Origin: an uncultured Oscillospiraceae bacterium
GTDB taxonomy: Bacteria > Bacillota > Clostridia > Saccharofermentanales > UBA5734
Reading direction: 5' to 3'
Assembly (NCBI GenBank): GCA_963827665.1
Contig: CAWHBQ010000006.1
Location: forward strand, 191,953 to 255,952
Length of the DNA stretch: 64,000 nucleotides
Part shown: in pieces, positions 44,907 through 55,404 of the stretch
Numbering within the stretch: the first letter of the stretch is position 1
Layout: each line of letters opens with the position of its first letter
The notes under the pieces: model-generated
The model's database searches: none
What the model was told of the DNA's origin: nothing
What the model saw: only the letters and a program-made list of their open reading frames with translations
Made by a program: the position numbers and the translations under genes

Positions 44907-47826
44907 TGATTGCGGACCAGACGTTTTGCGGCAGCATCGGCAGCTGGCGCAGCCGGACTCCACAGGCATTGTAGATCGCGTCGGCGATCGCCGGAGCCGG
45001 TGTATTGATGACCACTTCACCGATCGACTTGGCGCCGAAAGGACCGGTTGGCTCATGGCTCTCCTCAAAGGCGACCTGCAGCTGGCCGATGTCCCCACGG
45101 GTCGGGATCTTGTATTGCAGGAACGAGTTGGTTGCGATCTCGCCACGTTCGCCATAGCGGACATCTTCATAAAGGGCCAGGCCGATGCCCTGGACGATGC
45201 CGCCTTCTGCCTGCAGCCTTGCCAGGTTGGGATTGATGACGCGTCCGCAGTCGACCACACCGACATAATCGATGACTTTGACTTGACCTGTCGCCTGGTC
45301 CAGTTCGATTTCAGCAAAGCCGGCCATATAGGGTGGGGGGCTTGTTTCGCCGCCGAAACTGCCGACCCCGATCAGTGTCCTGGCTTTCGGTCCCGAGGAG
45401 AGCTTTTCGGCAAAATCATGCAAGGAAATATCATGCTGTGGCTCTTCGGCCTGGTTCAGATCATCACCGGCTGTGGTGTCCAATTGCACGATCAGCCCAT
45501 CGTGGAGATCGATCGAATCTCGCTTGAGCTGATAACGTTCGGCCGCTTCGTCGAGGATCTGCTTTTTCAGGTCTTCACAGGCCGCCACAACCGCACGGCC
45601 TGTGACATAGGTGCCGCTGGAGGCATAGGATCCCGGATCGTATGGGGTGATATCCGTGTCGGCGACAATCGTGATGATATTGCCGATCTGTGTCTGCAGG
45701 ATCTCGGCGGCCATTTGGGTCAGGATGGTATCGGCGCCGGTTCCCACGTCGGTCGGACTCATGAACAGCGAGAAATCGCCGCTCTCATTGAGCTGGATTT
45801 TGGCAGTTGAAGTATCGATATGGGCAATACCGGAACCTTGCATGGTGATTGCCATGCCGACTGACCGCACACGGCCGTCCGGGAGTTCGTGCCGAGGGTA
45901 TTTCCGGTCCCAGCCGATCAGTTCCTTCCCTTTCAGGATACAGCGGTCAAGTGCGCTGCTGAGAATGGTTTTTTTGTAGGCAACGGTTGTTTCGCCTTCG
46001 TGGACGATATTGCGGAGCCGAAGCTCGATCGGGTCGATCTTCAGTTCGGCAGCCAATTCATTGACAATCGATTCGACGAAATAGGTTCCTTGGGTCGCGC
46101 CATAGCCGCGAAATGCTCCACCCGGCATCTTGTGCGTGTAAACGACTCTCGACTGGAAACGGGCGTATTCAAGTTTGTTGTAGAGCGGCAGGGACTTTTC
46201 GCCGACTAGCCCGACCGTGGTCCAGCCATGCAGGCTGTATGCGCCCTGGTCCGAGATGGTGTCGATTGTCAGCGCCCGGATCATGCCGTCTCGGTTGGCG
46301 CCGATTCGAACCTTTGCGCGCATCGCATGCCGGCTATTGGAAGCCATGTAGGTTTCCTGCCTGGTGTAGACGATTTTGGCCGCCTTGCCGGTTTTCATGG
46401 TGACGATCGCCGGAAAAATTTCAGTGACCGAGGACTGCTTGGCGCCAAAACCGCCGCCGACACGGGGCTTGATGACCCGGATGCGACTGGAGGGAAGCCC
46501 AAGGGCCAAGGCCAGCTGGCGCTTGATGTGGAAAGGAACCTGGGTCGAGGATATGACGACCAGGCGGCCCCACTGGTCGAGTGAGGTGAACGTCCGGAAA
46601 GTCTCCATCATCGACTGAGCCTGAGCCTGCACCTGGTAGGTCCGTTCGAGGGCAACATCGCAGCTGGCAAAAGTAGATTCGTCGCCGGGCCCGAATTTCT
46701 GGTCATGGGCACCCATGATGTTGTGGGCGATATCATGCCCGCCGACTGACTGCGGCAGGTTGAAGACCATTTCGTGTTCTTCATGGACCAGGGTTTCCCC
46801 CTTGAGCGCTTCATCGACAGTCAGGACCGCGGGCCTGACCTCGTAATCGACCTTGATCAGGCGCATCGCCTTGAGGGCATTTCGCTCGGTATCGGCAGCG
46901 ATGATTGCCACTTCATCTCCGACATAGCGCACTTCGCGGTCGAGGATCAGCCGGTCGTAGGGTGACGGTTCAGGATAACTTTGCCCGGCCAGGGTGAAGC
47001 GGGTTTTAGGGACATCGGCCCAGGTCAGGATCAGCTCGACCCCTGGCACCAGGCTGGCTTTCGTCGTGTCGATGCTGCGAATCCAGGCATGGGCGTGCGG
47101 TGAGCGGAGAATTTTGACCACCAGGGCGTCGGAAGAAGCGAGGTCGTCCGTGTAGACGGCTCTGCCATGGAGATTGGCGCGACTATCCAGTTTCTCGACC
47201 GGCAGTCCGACCGACTGCAGCCGCGGTCTTGCAACCTTGCTGCTATTGGACGTGTCTTTCGTAGTGCTTATGGAACTGCCATCGGTGCTTATCGCCCTGT
47301 TGATGGCAACAGCGTCGATCGCAGCCTGCGGCAGTCCGGCAGCCAGGCCGTCAGGATCCTCGGTAAAGTATTTGCGGATCGCTCGGAGCTGTCCGACATA
47401 ACCGGTACAGCGACAGAGATTTCCCAACAGGAAAGCATTGATCGTTTCATCGCTGACTGTATTGGCCGTCCACTCGGTCCGAGGTGGCAAAGAGCGCTTC
47501 AGCGCGATGACACTCAGGATCAGCCCAGGGCTGCAGAAGCCGCATTGGTCAGCGCCTTCGCGCGCCAGATAACCGGCAACCTGTTCAACATCTGCGTTAA
47601 GTCCTTCGATCGTCTCCAGCTTCAGGCCTTGCGCCCGGATCGCCAAAGTTGAACAGGAAAGAACAGGTTTGCCGTCGGCCAGGACCGAACACAAGCCGCA
47701 ATTACTGGTGTCGCAGCCTCTTTTCACCGATTTGAAGCCGAGCAGTCGCAGGACATCCAGCAGCATGTCCGCAGGATTGACATCAATTTCATAATCACGA
47801 CCATTGACGGTCAGTATGATCATCAT
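44899..47826 (-). CDS. Xanthine dehydrogenase/aldehyde oxidase-family molybdoenzyme: fused [2Fe-2S] domain plus molybdopterin-binding large subunit
   Basis: N-terminal CDTSNCGLCSV...C and CGFCSPG...CRCTGY 2Fe-2S ligands, then a/b-hammerhead and MoCo-binding domains. 975 aa. Confidence 0.9.
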   Translation of the reverse strand: MMIILTVNGRDYEIDVNPADMLLDVLRLLGFKSVKRGCDTSNCGLCSVLADGKPVLSCSTLAIRAQGLKLETIEGLNADVEQVAGYLAREGADQCGFCSPGLILSVIALKRSLPPRTEWTANTVSDETINAFLLGNLCRCTGYVGQLRAIRKYFTEDPDGLAAGLPQAAIDAVAINRAISTDGSSISTTKDTSNSSKVARPRLQSVGLPVEKLDSRANLHGRAVYTDDLASSDALVVKILRSPHAHAWIRSIDTTKASLVPGVELILTWADVPKTRFTLAGQSYPEPSPYDRLILDREVRYVGDEVAIIAADTERNALKAMRLIKVDYEVRPAVLTVDEALKGETLVHEEHEMVFNLPQSVGGHDIAHNIMGAHDQKFGPGDESTFASCDVALERTYQVQAQAQSMMETFRTFTSLDQWGRLVVISSTQVPFHIKRQLALALGLPSSRIRVIKPRVGGGFGAKQSSVTEIFPAIVTMKTGKAAKIVYTRQETYMASNSRHAMRAKVRIGANRDGMIRALTIDTISDQGAYSLHGWTTVGLVGEKSLPLYNKLEYARFQSRVVYTHKMPGGAFRGYGATQGTYFVESIVNELAAELKIDPIELRLRNIVHEGETTVAYKKTILSSALDRCILKGKELIGWDRKYPRHELPDGRVRSVGMAITMQGSGIAHIDTSTAKIQLNESGDFSLFMSPTDVGTGADTILTQMAAEILQTQIGNIITIVADTDITPYDPGSYASSGTYVTGRAVVAACEDLKKQILDEAAERYQLKRDSIDLHDGLIVQLDTTAGDDLNQAEEPQHDISLHDFAEKLSSGPKARTLIGVGSFGGETSPPPYMAGFAEIELDQATGQVKVIDYVGVVDCGRVINPNLARLQAEGGIVQGIGLALYEDVRYGERGEIATNSFLQYKIPTRGDIGQLQVAFEESHEPTGPFGAKSIGEVVINTPAPAIADAIYNACGVRLRQLPMLPQNVWSAINE

Positions 47827-48635
47827 AAACGTACCTCTTTCAGAGCTCTTTCCAGTAAAACGCCGGCCATGGCCTGGCGGTAAGCGTCGCTGGCCCGGGC
47901 ATTGGTCCCGAAGGGCAGGCTATCCCTGGCAATGTCGACCACTTCGGCTATGACTTCATCCGACAGGCCATTCGTTACCTGTTCTTTGGCAGACAGTACA
48001 TCAGCGGCAGCAGGTACCAACCGTGCCCGCGATGGCAAAGCACCGACGGCGACCCGCCAAACTCCGGTCTCGATATCTTTGGCCACGACGCAGTTGACGA
48101 CCGGCAGATCACTAGCTGTAATACGCAAGCTCTGGTATGCAGCGGTAAAAGGATGGTCAGGCAGATGCACGGCGACGAGAATGTCGCGGCTGAGTGGACG
48201 GACCAGAAAATCTGCAATCGGCATCCGTCCGTCATGAAACAGGGTCACTTCTGCACCGACAGCCAACAGTGCCGGAATAAAATCTGAAAAACCGTATTTG
48301 CTGAAAACTGATGCCCCAACTTGGACGCCGTTGCGCATCTGGATACCGACAATATGGCTGAGCGCTTTGGTGATCAGGCCACCGGCATAGGTTTGCAGGA
48401 GATCGTTGTTCGAGAGATCGCCATACGTGCAGGTCGCACCGACATCAATCCAGCCAGCCGACTGTCGGACGGTATCAAGTCCCAGTGAGCGCAGGTCAAT
48501 TCCCTGGTTGATCAGTTTGTGCCCAATTTTCAGAAACATGCAGCCACCGAGCAGGCGGTTGTTCGGGTTGGCGACCAAGGCTGAATAGGCTTCGTCGAGT
48601 GTTTTCGGTTCGATCAACTGGCGGATTTCAAACAT
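47823..48635 (-). CDS. FAD-binding subunit of the molybdopterin dehydrogenase (CoxM/XdhB-like)
   Basis: FAD_binding_5 pattern (LLGGCMFLKIGHKL...DLRSLGL...). 270 aa. Stop overlaps the large-subunit start. Confidence 0.85.
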   Translation of the reverse strand: MFEIRQLIEPKTLDEAYSALVANPNNRLLGGCMFLKIGHKLINQGIDLRSLGLDTVRQSAGWIDVGATCTYGDLSNNDLLQTYAGGLITKALSHIVGIQMRNGVQVGASVFSKYGFSDFIPALLAVGAEVTLFHDGRMPIADFLVRPLSRDILVAVHLPDHPFTAAYQSLRITASDLPVVNCVVAKDIETGVWRVAVGALPSRARLVPAAADVLSAKEQVTNGLSDEVIAEVVDIARDSLPFGTNARASDAYRQAMAGVLLERALKEVRL

Positions 48636-48915
48636 ATACTTGTACCTCTTCAGAAGGGTGCCTGTCGGTGTTTTGTTGAATGGGTCATATGACTCAACTT
48701 TATCACAGGATGGATTCCAAATGAATCGTCTGCATTCAAAGCGATAATCTTGAAGATCCCTTCATTTGCTGATAATCTGGCAGGGGCAATGAATTGCTAT
48801 CATCATTGTAAATATATTGCATCTGCCTGACGGCAGCCAGGGACTTGGGACTCAGGCCGCCAGAGGCAGTGATTTGCCAAGTGATTTGTCAGAGGAATGA
48901 ATAGGAGATACAGAT

Positions 48916-49296
48916 ATGGAAAAAGAAGTCATCCACACCGAGAAAGCCCCTGCCGCCATCGGACCTTATGTCCAGGCTGTCAAAGCCAATGGACTGCTGT
49001 TTGTATCTGGCCAGCTCGGAATTGACATGACGACAGGTGAGATTCCGGGAGATGTTGTTGCCCAGGCGCAATGCTCACTGAAAAACTTGGGCGCGATCCT
49101 GAGCGCAGCCGGACTCGACACTGCATCTGTCGTTAAAACAACGATCTTCTTGACGGATATGGCAGATTTCGCTGTCGTCAACAAGGTCTATGGTGACTTT
49201 TTCCAGGGCAACTACCCAGCAAGGTCCACTGTAGCTGTCGCGGCGCTGCCCAAGGGTGCCCAGGTCGAAATCGAGTGTGTTGCTGTGCTCGGTTAA
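48916..49296 (+). CDS. RidA/YjgF-family reactive-intermediate deaminase
   Basis: 126 aa. Conserved YjgF core (APAAIGPYVQAV...LFVSGQ...ARSTVAVAALP). Confidence 0.85.
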   Translation: MEKEVIHTEKAPAAIGPYVQAVKANGLLFVSGQLGIDMTTGEIPGDVVAQAQCSLKNLGAILSAAGLDTASVVKTTIFLTDMADFAVVNKVYGDFFQGNYPARSTVAVAALPKGAQVEIECVAVLG

Positions 49297-49304
49297 ACGC
49301 CAGC

Positions 49305-49955
49305 ATGAATCGATACCTGAACCTGATTCTCATGGCCGCCGGTAACAGCGAGCGATATGGTGCCAACAAGCTGCTGGCGTTCATTCAAGGCAAACCGATG
49401 TATCGTCACATCTTTGACCATCTGGTCCGCTATCAGGATGAACATGCCGAAAACTGCCGGGTCACCGTTGTTTCCCAATATGATGAGATTCTGGAAGCTG
49501 CCGTCGAGGCCGGACTCGAAGCCGTGCGCAACCCCAGGCCGGAGGACGGCATCTCCCTGACGATCCGCCTGGGAATCGAAGCTGGCCAAAAGAAACTGCA
49601 TAAGCTAACGGCCGGCGACAAAATTCCGGATGACCCGGACCGGGAAGGTGCTGTCTTTTTCACGGCTGATCAACCTTTCATACGCTATGAGACCCTCGAG
49701 TCCTACCTGCAATCTGCACACCGTATTGAGACTGGCATTCTTGCAGCCGCCCACGACGGGATTTCCGGCAATCCTGTTTCCTTTGACCAGGCCTACTACC
49801 CTGAGTTGCTGGAACTATCAGGCGATGTTGGCGGTAAACGAGTGATGAATCGCCATCCTGACGATGTGTCTTTTTTTGAAATGGAACCACTGGAACTTGT
49901 TGATATTGATCGCCCGATGGAGGAAAACAAAGTTTGGAAGACAAAAAGAACCTGA
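49305..49955 (+). CDS. MocA-like nucleotidyltransferase (molybdenum-cofactor cytidylyltransferase family)
   Basis: LILMAAGNSERYGANKLL matches the MobA/MocA NTP_transf_3 N-terminal signature. Adjacent to the MCD-type molybdoenzyme. Confidence 0.7.
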   Translation: MNRYLNLILMAAGNSERYGANKLLAFIQGKPMYRHIFDHLVRYQDEHAENCRVTVVSQYDEILEAAVEAGLEAVRNPRPEDGISLTIRLGIEAGQKKLHKLTAGDKIPDDPDREGAVFFTADQPFIRYETLESYLQSAHRIETGILAAAHDGISGNPVSFDQAYYPELLELSGDVGGKRVMNRHPDDVSFFEMEPLELVDIDRPMEENKVWKTKRT

Positions 49956-51244
49956 TTTACAGCCTCGACGGAAGACCGCCGCTTGGCACGGCAATCCCCT
50001 TGGGCTTGCAGCACGTCCTGGCTATGTTCGTGGGAAATATTACGCCAATCATCATTCTTTCCAATGCCCTGAAGCTGGAAGTCAGCGACAAGACCTTCCT
50101 GATCCAGTGTGCCATGATCGTTGCAGGACTTGTGTCCCTCTTGCAGCTGTATCCGATCGGTCCGATCGGTGCGAGACTGCCGATCATCATGGGAACCAGT
50201 TTTGGTTTCCTGGCAGCCTGCCTTGCCATCGCAGCGAAGTATGGACTGCCCGGCGTGATGGGGGCGGCCCTGGTCGGCGGTATTTTCCAGGTCGTTGTCG
50301 GTTTATTCATCAAGAATATCCGTAAATATTTCCCGCCACTAGTCACCGGGATCGTCCTTCTCGTCATTGGCTTGTCTCTGGTCAAGACCGGTATGAATTA
50401 TTTCGCAGGCGGAGTTGGCGCGAAGGATTTCGGCTCGCCCCGGAATATGCTGCTAGGTGCGGTTGTTCTTGTCACCATCATCGTGCTGAAGCAGTTTACC
50501 AAGGGTGTCACCAGCACGGCTGCAATCCTGATCGGTCTGGTCGTCGGATACCTCGTGGCCATTCCCATGGGCAAGGTCAATTTCGATTCTGTCGGTACGG
50601 CAAGCTTCTTTTCATTACCGGTTCCGATGAGGTGGGGCTTTGAATTCCATCTCGATGCCATCATTTCCCTCTGTGTCATGTACTTGATTTCCACAGTCGA
50701 AACAGTCGGCAATGTCTCGGGCATCTGTTCTGGCGGTATCGGCAGACCGGCGACAGAGAAAGAGTTCTCGGGCGCTGTCATTGCCGACGGTGTCGGATCC
50801 GTGTTTGCCTCCATTTTCGGCGTACCGCCGAGCACATCCTATGGGCAGAATGTTGGCATCATTACCATGACCAAGGTCGTCAACCGATTTGCTGTTGCGA
50901 CCGGGGCGATCTTCCTGGTCATTGCCGGCCTGTTCCCCAAGATCGGCGCAATCATCGCCGTGATGCCTCCTAGTGTGCTGGGCGGAGCGGCTGTCCTGAT
51001 GTTCAGCATGATGATTGTCAGCGGCGTCAACCAGGTGACGGAGAAGCCGCTCGCCGGCAGAAACGGACTGATCCTTGCCGTTGCCCTCGCCATCGGCGTC
51101 GGGTTTGCCAATGTACCGGCGGCTTCCGAATCCTTTCCGCACCTGCTCAAGATGCTCTTTGAAGGCTCGGCCGTCGCTGCAGCGACAATTATCGCCGTCG
51201 TGCTGAATATCATCGTTCCCGAAGATCAACCTACTGTGAAATAA
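49934..51244 (+). CDS. Nucleobase:cation symporter-2 (NCS2) xanthine/uracil permease
   Basis: 12-14 TM with NCS2 signatures. Probable TTG start (RBS GGAGG 9 nt upstream) overlapping the mocA-like 3' end. Confidence 0.8.
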   Translation: MEDKKNLIYSLDGRPPLGTAIPLGLQHVLAMFVGNITPIIILSNALKLEVSDKTFLIQCAMIVAGLVSLLQLYPIGPIGARLPIIMGTSFGFLAACLAIAAKYGLPGVMGAALVGGIFQVVVGLFIKNIRKYFPPLVTGIVLLVIGLSLVKTGMNYFAGGVGAKDFGSPRNMLLGAVVLVTIIVLKQFTKGVTSTAAILIGLVVGYLVAIPMGKVNFDSVGTASFFSLPVPMRWGFEFHLDAIISLCVMYLISTVETVGNVSGICSGGIGRPATEKEFSGAVIADGVGSVFASIFGVPPSTSYGQNVGIITMTKVVNRFAVATGAIFLVIAGLFPKIGAIIAVMPPSVLGGAAVLMFSMMIVSGVNQVTEKPLAGRNGLILAVALAIGVGFANVPAASESFPHLLKMLFEGSAVAAATIIAVVLNIIVPEDQPTVK

Positions 51245-51259
51245 TGCGCTTCAAGCAGT

Positions 51260-51356
51260 TGGCAACAACTCGAAGCGGTCGTATAATTATACGGTATTGA
51301 CGCGTGCAATCCGTCTATCGATCTCATAATTATGCAGATATGATGCATAAAAATAT
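51260..51356 (+). promoter_or_regulatory. argG control region: candidate promoter (TTGGCA -16- TATAAT), perfect 14-bp palindrome CGTATAATTATACG over the -10, and an ARG-box-like TGCATAAAAATATT
   Basis: Elements read directly. The ARG-box call rests on similarity to the AhrC/ArgR consensus TGAATAAAAATTCA. Confidence 0.4.
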
Positions 51357-51369
51357 TGGAGGTACAATC

Positions 51370-52584
51370 ATGGCTAAAGAAAAAATCCTGCTGGCTTATT
51401 CCGGCGGCCTCGACACATCGATTATCATCCCGTGGTTGCTTGAACATTATGACTGCGAAGTCATCGCCATGGCTGGTGAAGTTGGTATCGGCCTCGATCA
51501 TGAAGCACTCAAGGCCAAGGCGCTCAAATGCGGTGCGTCTGCTTGCTTCATCGAAGATATCGCTGAAGAATTCATCACCGATTACGTTTATCCGACCATG
51601 AAAGCCGGCGCGATCTACGAAGGCAAATACCTGCTGGGCACCTCGTTTGCCCGTCCGGCCATCGCCAAGCGGATGGTCGAGATCGCCAAGCGCGAAGGCT
51701 GCACCGCCGTCGCCCATGGCGCAACCGGCAAAGGCAACGACCAGGTCCGCTTTGAGCTTTCTGTCAAGGCCCTCGCGCCTGAACTCAAGATCATCGCACC
51801 CTGGCGCCTGTGGGACATCACGTCCCGCGACCAGGAAATCGATTATGCCAACGCCCGGAACATCCCGGTTCCGGTCACCAAAGCGGACAACTACTCGATG
51901 GACCAGAACCTCTGGCACCTCAGCCACGAGGGCATGGACCTCGAGGATCCGAACAACGAACCACTCTATGACAAAATTCTCCAGATGACCGTCACCCCTG
52001 AAAAAGCACCGGACAAAGCCACCTATGTCACACTTGATTTCGAACAGGGTATCCCTGTCCGCGTCGATGGCCAGGCCCTCAGCCCGGTCGAAATGCTCAA
52101 GTACCTGAACAAAGTCGGTGGAGAAAACGGGATCGGCATTGTCGACATGGTCGAGAACCGCCTCGTCGGCATGAAGTGCCGCGGCGTCTATGAAACACCG
52201 GGCGGCACCCTGATGTACCTGGCCCACCGCGAGCTTGAACTGCTCTGCCTTGACCGTGACACGATGCATTACAAAGATGTCCTGGCCCAGCGCTACGCTG
52301 AGCTCGTCTACTTCGGCCAGTGGTTCCACCCGCTGCGCGAAGCCCTGGATGCCTTCGTCAACGAAACCCAGAAAACTGTCACCGGCACCGTCAAGCTCAA
52401 ACTCTACAAAGGCAACGCCACCTCGGCCGGCGCGACCTCGCCGTTCTCCCTCTATGACGAAGCGCTTTCGACATTCGCCGAAGACACCGTGTATAATCAT
52501 GCAGAAGCTGGCGGTTTTATCAATTGCTTCGGGCTGCCGCTGAAAGTTGTCGCGGGCATGAAGAAACGCAACAATCTGCTCTGA
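51370..52584 (+). CDS. argG: Argininosuccinate synthase
   Basis: [11 protein letters not shown]-loop, 404 aa. RBS GGAGG. The antisense 493-aa ORF on the minus strand is spurious. Confidence 0.95.
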   Translation: MAKEKILLAYSGGLDTSIIIPWLLEHYDCEVIAMAGEVGIGLDHEALKAKALKCGASACFIEDIAEEFITDYVYPTMKAGAIYEGKYLLGTSFARPAIAKRMVEIAKREGCTAVAHGATGKGNDQVRFELSVKALAPELKIIAPWRLWDITSRDQEIDYANARNIPVPVTKADNYSMDQNLWHLSHEGMDLEDPNNEPLYDKILQMTVTPEKAPDKATYVTLDFEQGIPVRVDGQALSPVEMLKYLNKVGGENGIGIVDMVENRLVGMKCRGVYETPGGTLMYLAHRELELLCLDRDTMHYKDVLAQRYAELVYFGQWFHPLREALDAFVNETQKTVTGTVKLKLYKGNATSAGATSPFSLYDEALSTFAEDTVYNHAEAGGFINCFGLPLKVVAGMKKRNNLL

Positions 52585-52638
52585 TTCCCACTCGAATCCC
52601 ACTTCCAGGATCACAGAAAGTAACTTCACAAAACAAAA

Positions 52639-52678
52639 AAGAAACACTGAGGTTTTATACCTTAAGTGTTTCTTTTTT
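52639..52678. terminator. Bidirectional rho-independent terminator between argG (+) and fbp (-)
   Basis: aagaaacact ... agtgtttctt flanked by A-run and T-run. Confidence 0.8.
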
Positions 52679-52745
52679 CGCTTAGTGTGTTCGTGTGGCC
52701 AGGACAACGCCTGACCTGACCCAGGTTAGTGTTTTCCGCGGATCT

Positions 52746-54743
52746 TTAACTGTTGTTACTCACTTTGGGGATCCACAGTGCCTGCAGGTTTGGCACGTGT
52801 TCCGGATTTTCTTCGACCTCGCCGTCGCGAAAGGCTTGCAGCAGCGCTTTGAGTTCACTGATGCGCTGGTTGACGATCTCGCCTTCGTCGGTGTCGGCGA
52901 TCAGCATCCGCCGCGGCATGTTTTCGACAATCCGGACTTTCGGCGTCAAGTCAAGCGGGCGCAGCTTTTCATCGACATGGTAGGGCAAGTGTTCAGCCAA
53001 AGCCAGATAGCGTGAATTGTAGATCAGTGTGTAACCACCGATGCCTGTGTGGCTCTGGTAAGCTTTGGAAATCCCGCCATCGATGACGTAAAGCAGGCCG
53101 CCGCCTTTGACCGGGCTTTCCCCCGCCTTGATCTTGACCGGGACATGGCCATTGATGATGTGCGACCGTGCTGGGTCGAGTCCGAATTCGCGCAGGATGT
53201 TTTCGCACATGCTGCGCTCCTCCAGCATCTGGTAGTAGGGACTCATGACTTCCTTGTGAGTCGCCTTGTCGGCAACGAAATACCGTTCGAAAGTGGCCAT
53301 TTTGTTCTTGCCGAACAGCGGTGATTTTGGACCGCACCAGAGGTACCAGAGAAAATCGCGGGCATCGTATTTTTCCTGCGAATGCGGGGGCGCGAAATGC
53401 GCGAGGCGGACGATCTTGTCAATGTGATCGAGATAGGATTTGCCGGAATAGACCTGCCCATTAAAAGTGACCTTGTCAAAGCTGCCATCGGCGGTCATCG
53501 GGATGCAGCCGTGGTACAGCAGGTTGTTATTGGCACAGAGGTACATGCTGCCCTGGGCATAGAGAAAACGGATGTGCTTCTGCAGTTTCTCGCTGTGCCT
53601 GAACGATGCGGCGATCGAGTTCATCAGATCTTCTTCACCCGGGGTGAGCTTTAAGGGGTCGTTCGGGTCAACCGTTGGGAAAAGCTTGTCCTTAAGCTCG
53701 TGGACATGTCCATTCAGCGTGATCGTGCCATCTTCGAAATTGATCTTCTCGAGCAGGCGGCGGTCGTCCATACCGTATTCCGGATGTCGTTTGAGCAACT
53801 GCCCTTCGACCTTGAACTGGATGATGGCGATTGCCTTGTGCATTTTGGCAGCCAGGACGGAATCGACCGGATCGTATATGTTCTCATCGAGAATGTGCGG
53901 GGCAAAAAGGGCGCAGGGGTCATCGTGGTAAACCTGGGCGGCAAACACCGACAAAGCTCGCAGGTTGATCCCGTAGCCGTCTTCCATCGAATCGAAATTG
54001 TTATAGCTGATGCCTAGCCGGATTACACTGGCGATGCAGACCCAGTTGCCGGCTTGCGCTCCCATCCAGGAAATATCATGGTTACCCCATTGGAAATCGA
54101 CCTGTTTGAAGTCGATCAACGCACTGATAATGGCATCGGCCCGCGGCCCGCGGTCGAAAATGTCGCCAATGACGTGGATTTTGTCGATGGCCAGACGCTG
54201 GATCAGCAGGCACAGGCTGGTGATGAATTCCTCCGTCATCCCGGAGTCGACAATCGACTGGACACTGGCAGCGAAATACTGGGCTTTGCTGTCGGAATCG
54301 ACATGGAGAAGTTCGTCGATGATATTGGCGAAATGGGGTGGCAGTTTGCGCCTGACCTTGAACCGGGTGTATTTGGCCGAAACGATTTTGCAGACTTCAA
54401 GCAACCGGTAAATCGTGATCTTGCACCAGTCGAACGTCAACTGTTCAGATGCACTCATGAGTTCCAGTTCCCGTTCGGGATAGGCGATCAAATTGGCCAG
54501 CGCGATGCGGTCGGCCTGGGAAACCGATTTTTCGAAAAGGTCATCGATTTTGGTGCGGATGAACCCCGATGCGCTGCGCAGCAAATGAATAAATGCCTCA
54601 TGCTCGCCATGCAAATCACTGAAGAAAAACTCAGTGCCCTTGGGGAGTCCCAGGAAAGCTTCCAGACGGATGATTTCCGCTGCGGCCGCCTGGGTTGTGG
54701 GATATTCACGGGATAATAACTTGAGATAATGCTGATCGACCAT
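52746..54743 (-). CDS. fbp: Fructose-1,6-bisphosphatase class 3 (Firmicutes-type Fbp)
   Basis: N-terminal LPKGTEFFFSDLHGEHEAF metallophosphatase block and a length of 665 aa typical of class III FBPase. Confidence 0.9.
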   Translation of the reverse strand: MVDQHYLKLLSREYPTTQAAAAEIIRLEAFLGLPKGTEFFFSDLHGEHEAFIHLLRSASGFIRTKIDDLFEKSVSQADRIALANLIAYPERELELMSASEQLTFDWCKITIYRLLEVCKIVSAKYTRFKVRRKLPPHFANIIDELLHVDSDSKAQYFAASVQSIVDSGMTEEFITSLCLLIQRLAIDKIHVIGDIFDRGPRADAIISALIDFKQVDFQWGNHDISWMGAQAGNWVCIASVIRLGISYNNFDSMEDGYGINLRALSVFAAQVYHDDPCALFAPHILDENIYDPVDSVLAAKMHKAIAIIQFKVEGQLLKRHPEYGMDDRRLLEKINFEDGTITLNGHVHELKDKLFPTVDPNDPLKLTPGEEDLMNSIAASFRHSEKLQKHIRFLYAQGSMYLCANNNLLYHGCIPMTADGSFDKVTFNGQVYSGKSYLDHIDKIVRLAHFAPPHSQEKYDARDFLWYLWCGPKSPLFGKNKMATFERYFVADKATHKEVMSPYYQMLEERSMCENILREFGLDPARSHIINGHVPVKIKAGESPVKGGGLLYVIDGGISKAYQSHTGIGGYTLIYNSRYLALAEHLPYHVDEKLRPLDLTPKVRIVENMPRRMLIADTDEGEIVNQRISELKALLQAFRDGEVEENPEHVPNLQALWIPKVSNNS

Positions 54744-54745
54744 AA

Positions 54746-55174
54746 TCAGGCTTTTTTCAGCAAGTCGCGGATCTCTTCGAGCAAAGCGATGTCGGCAGGC
54801 TTGGCTGGGGGTGCAACGGCCTCGGCCTCCTTGACCTTGCGGGCATCGGCGCGTTCACGCATATGGTTGATGCCTTTGACGATCAGGAAAACAAAGAGGG
54901 CGATAATCAGGAACTGGATGGTCACCTGGATCAGCTTGCCATAGGTGATGGCGACTTCAGGTTTGGTCACTTCACCATTGGTCATCACCGCATTGGCGAG
55001 GACATATTTGAGATCGGAAAAACTTATTCCTGCAGTGATGAAGCCGATGATCGGCATAATGATGTCATTGACAACGCTGCTCACGATCGCTCCGAAAGCA
55101 GCGCCGATCACAACACCAATGGCCAGGTCCATGACATTGCCACGCAGGATGAATTTCTTGAATTCTTGCAACAT
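54746..55174 (-). CDS. mscL: Large-conductance mechanosensitive channel
   Basis: MLQEFKKFILRGNVMDLAIGVVIGAAFGAIVSS canonical MscL N-terminus. RBS AGGAGG. 142 aa. Confidence 0.95.
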   Translation of the reverse strand: MLQEFKKFILRGNVMDLAIGVVIGAAFGAIVSSVVNDIIMPIIGFITAGISFSDLKYVLANAVMTNGEVTKPEVAITYGKLIQVTIQFLIIALFVFLIVKGINHMRERADARKVKEAEAVAPPAKPADIALLEEIRDLLKKA

Positions 55175-55404
55175 GATTGATAGCCTCCTTTTTTGCCGTG
55201 ACAGATCAGCCGGTGTCCGGCTGGCCGTCCTGGCATGCATGATGAAAATGATGTCATTGGTTAGATTGTACTAATTATAAGTCTAGTTAGAAATAAATGA
55301 CAATGTCCGGACAGATCTAAGCCGTTCTGTGCTAACATGATGATAGAGAGCGCCCTCAATCCCTTGCTATATGAGGGCGAAGCAATCGCACAAAAAGGAG
55401 CGTG

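Noticed and set aside
51226-52707. 493-aa ORF on the minus strand
   Set aside because: It is exactly antisense to the highly conserved argG and has low-complexity, Arg/Gly/Asp-rich composition with no RBS. Artefact of high-GC coding antisense.
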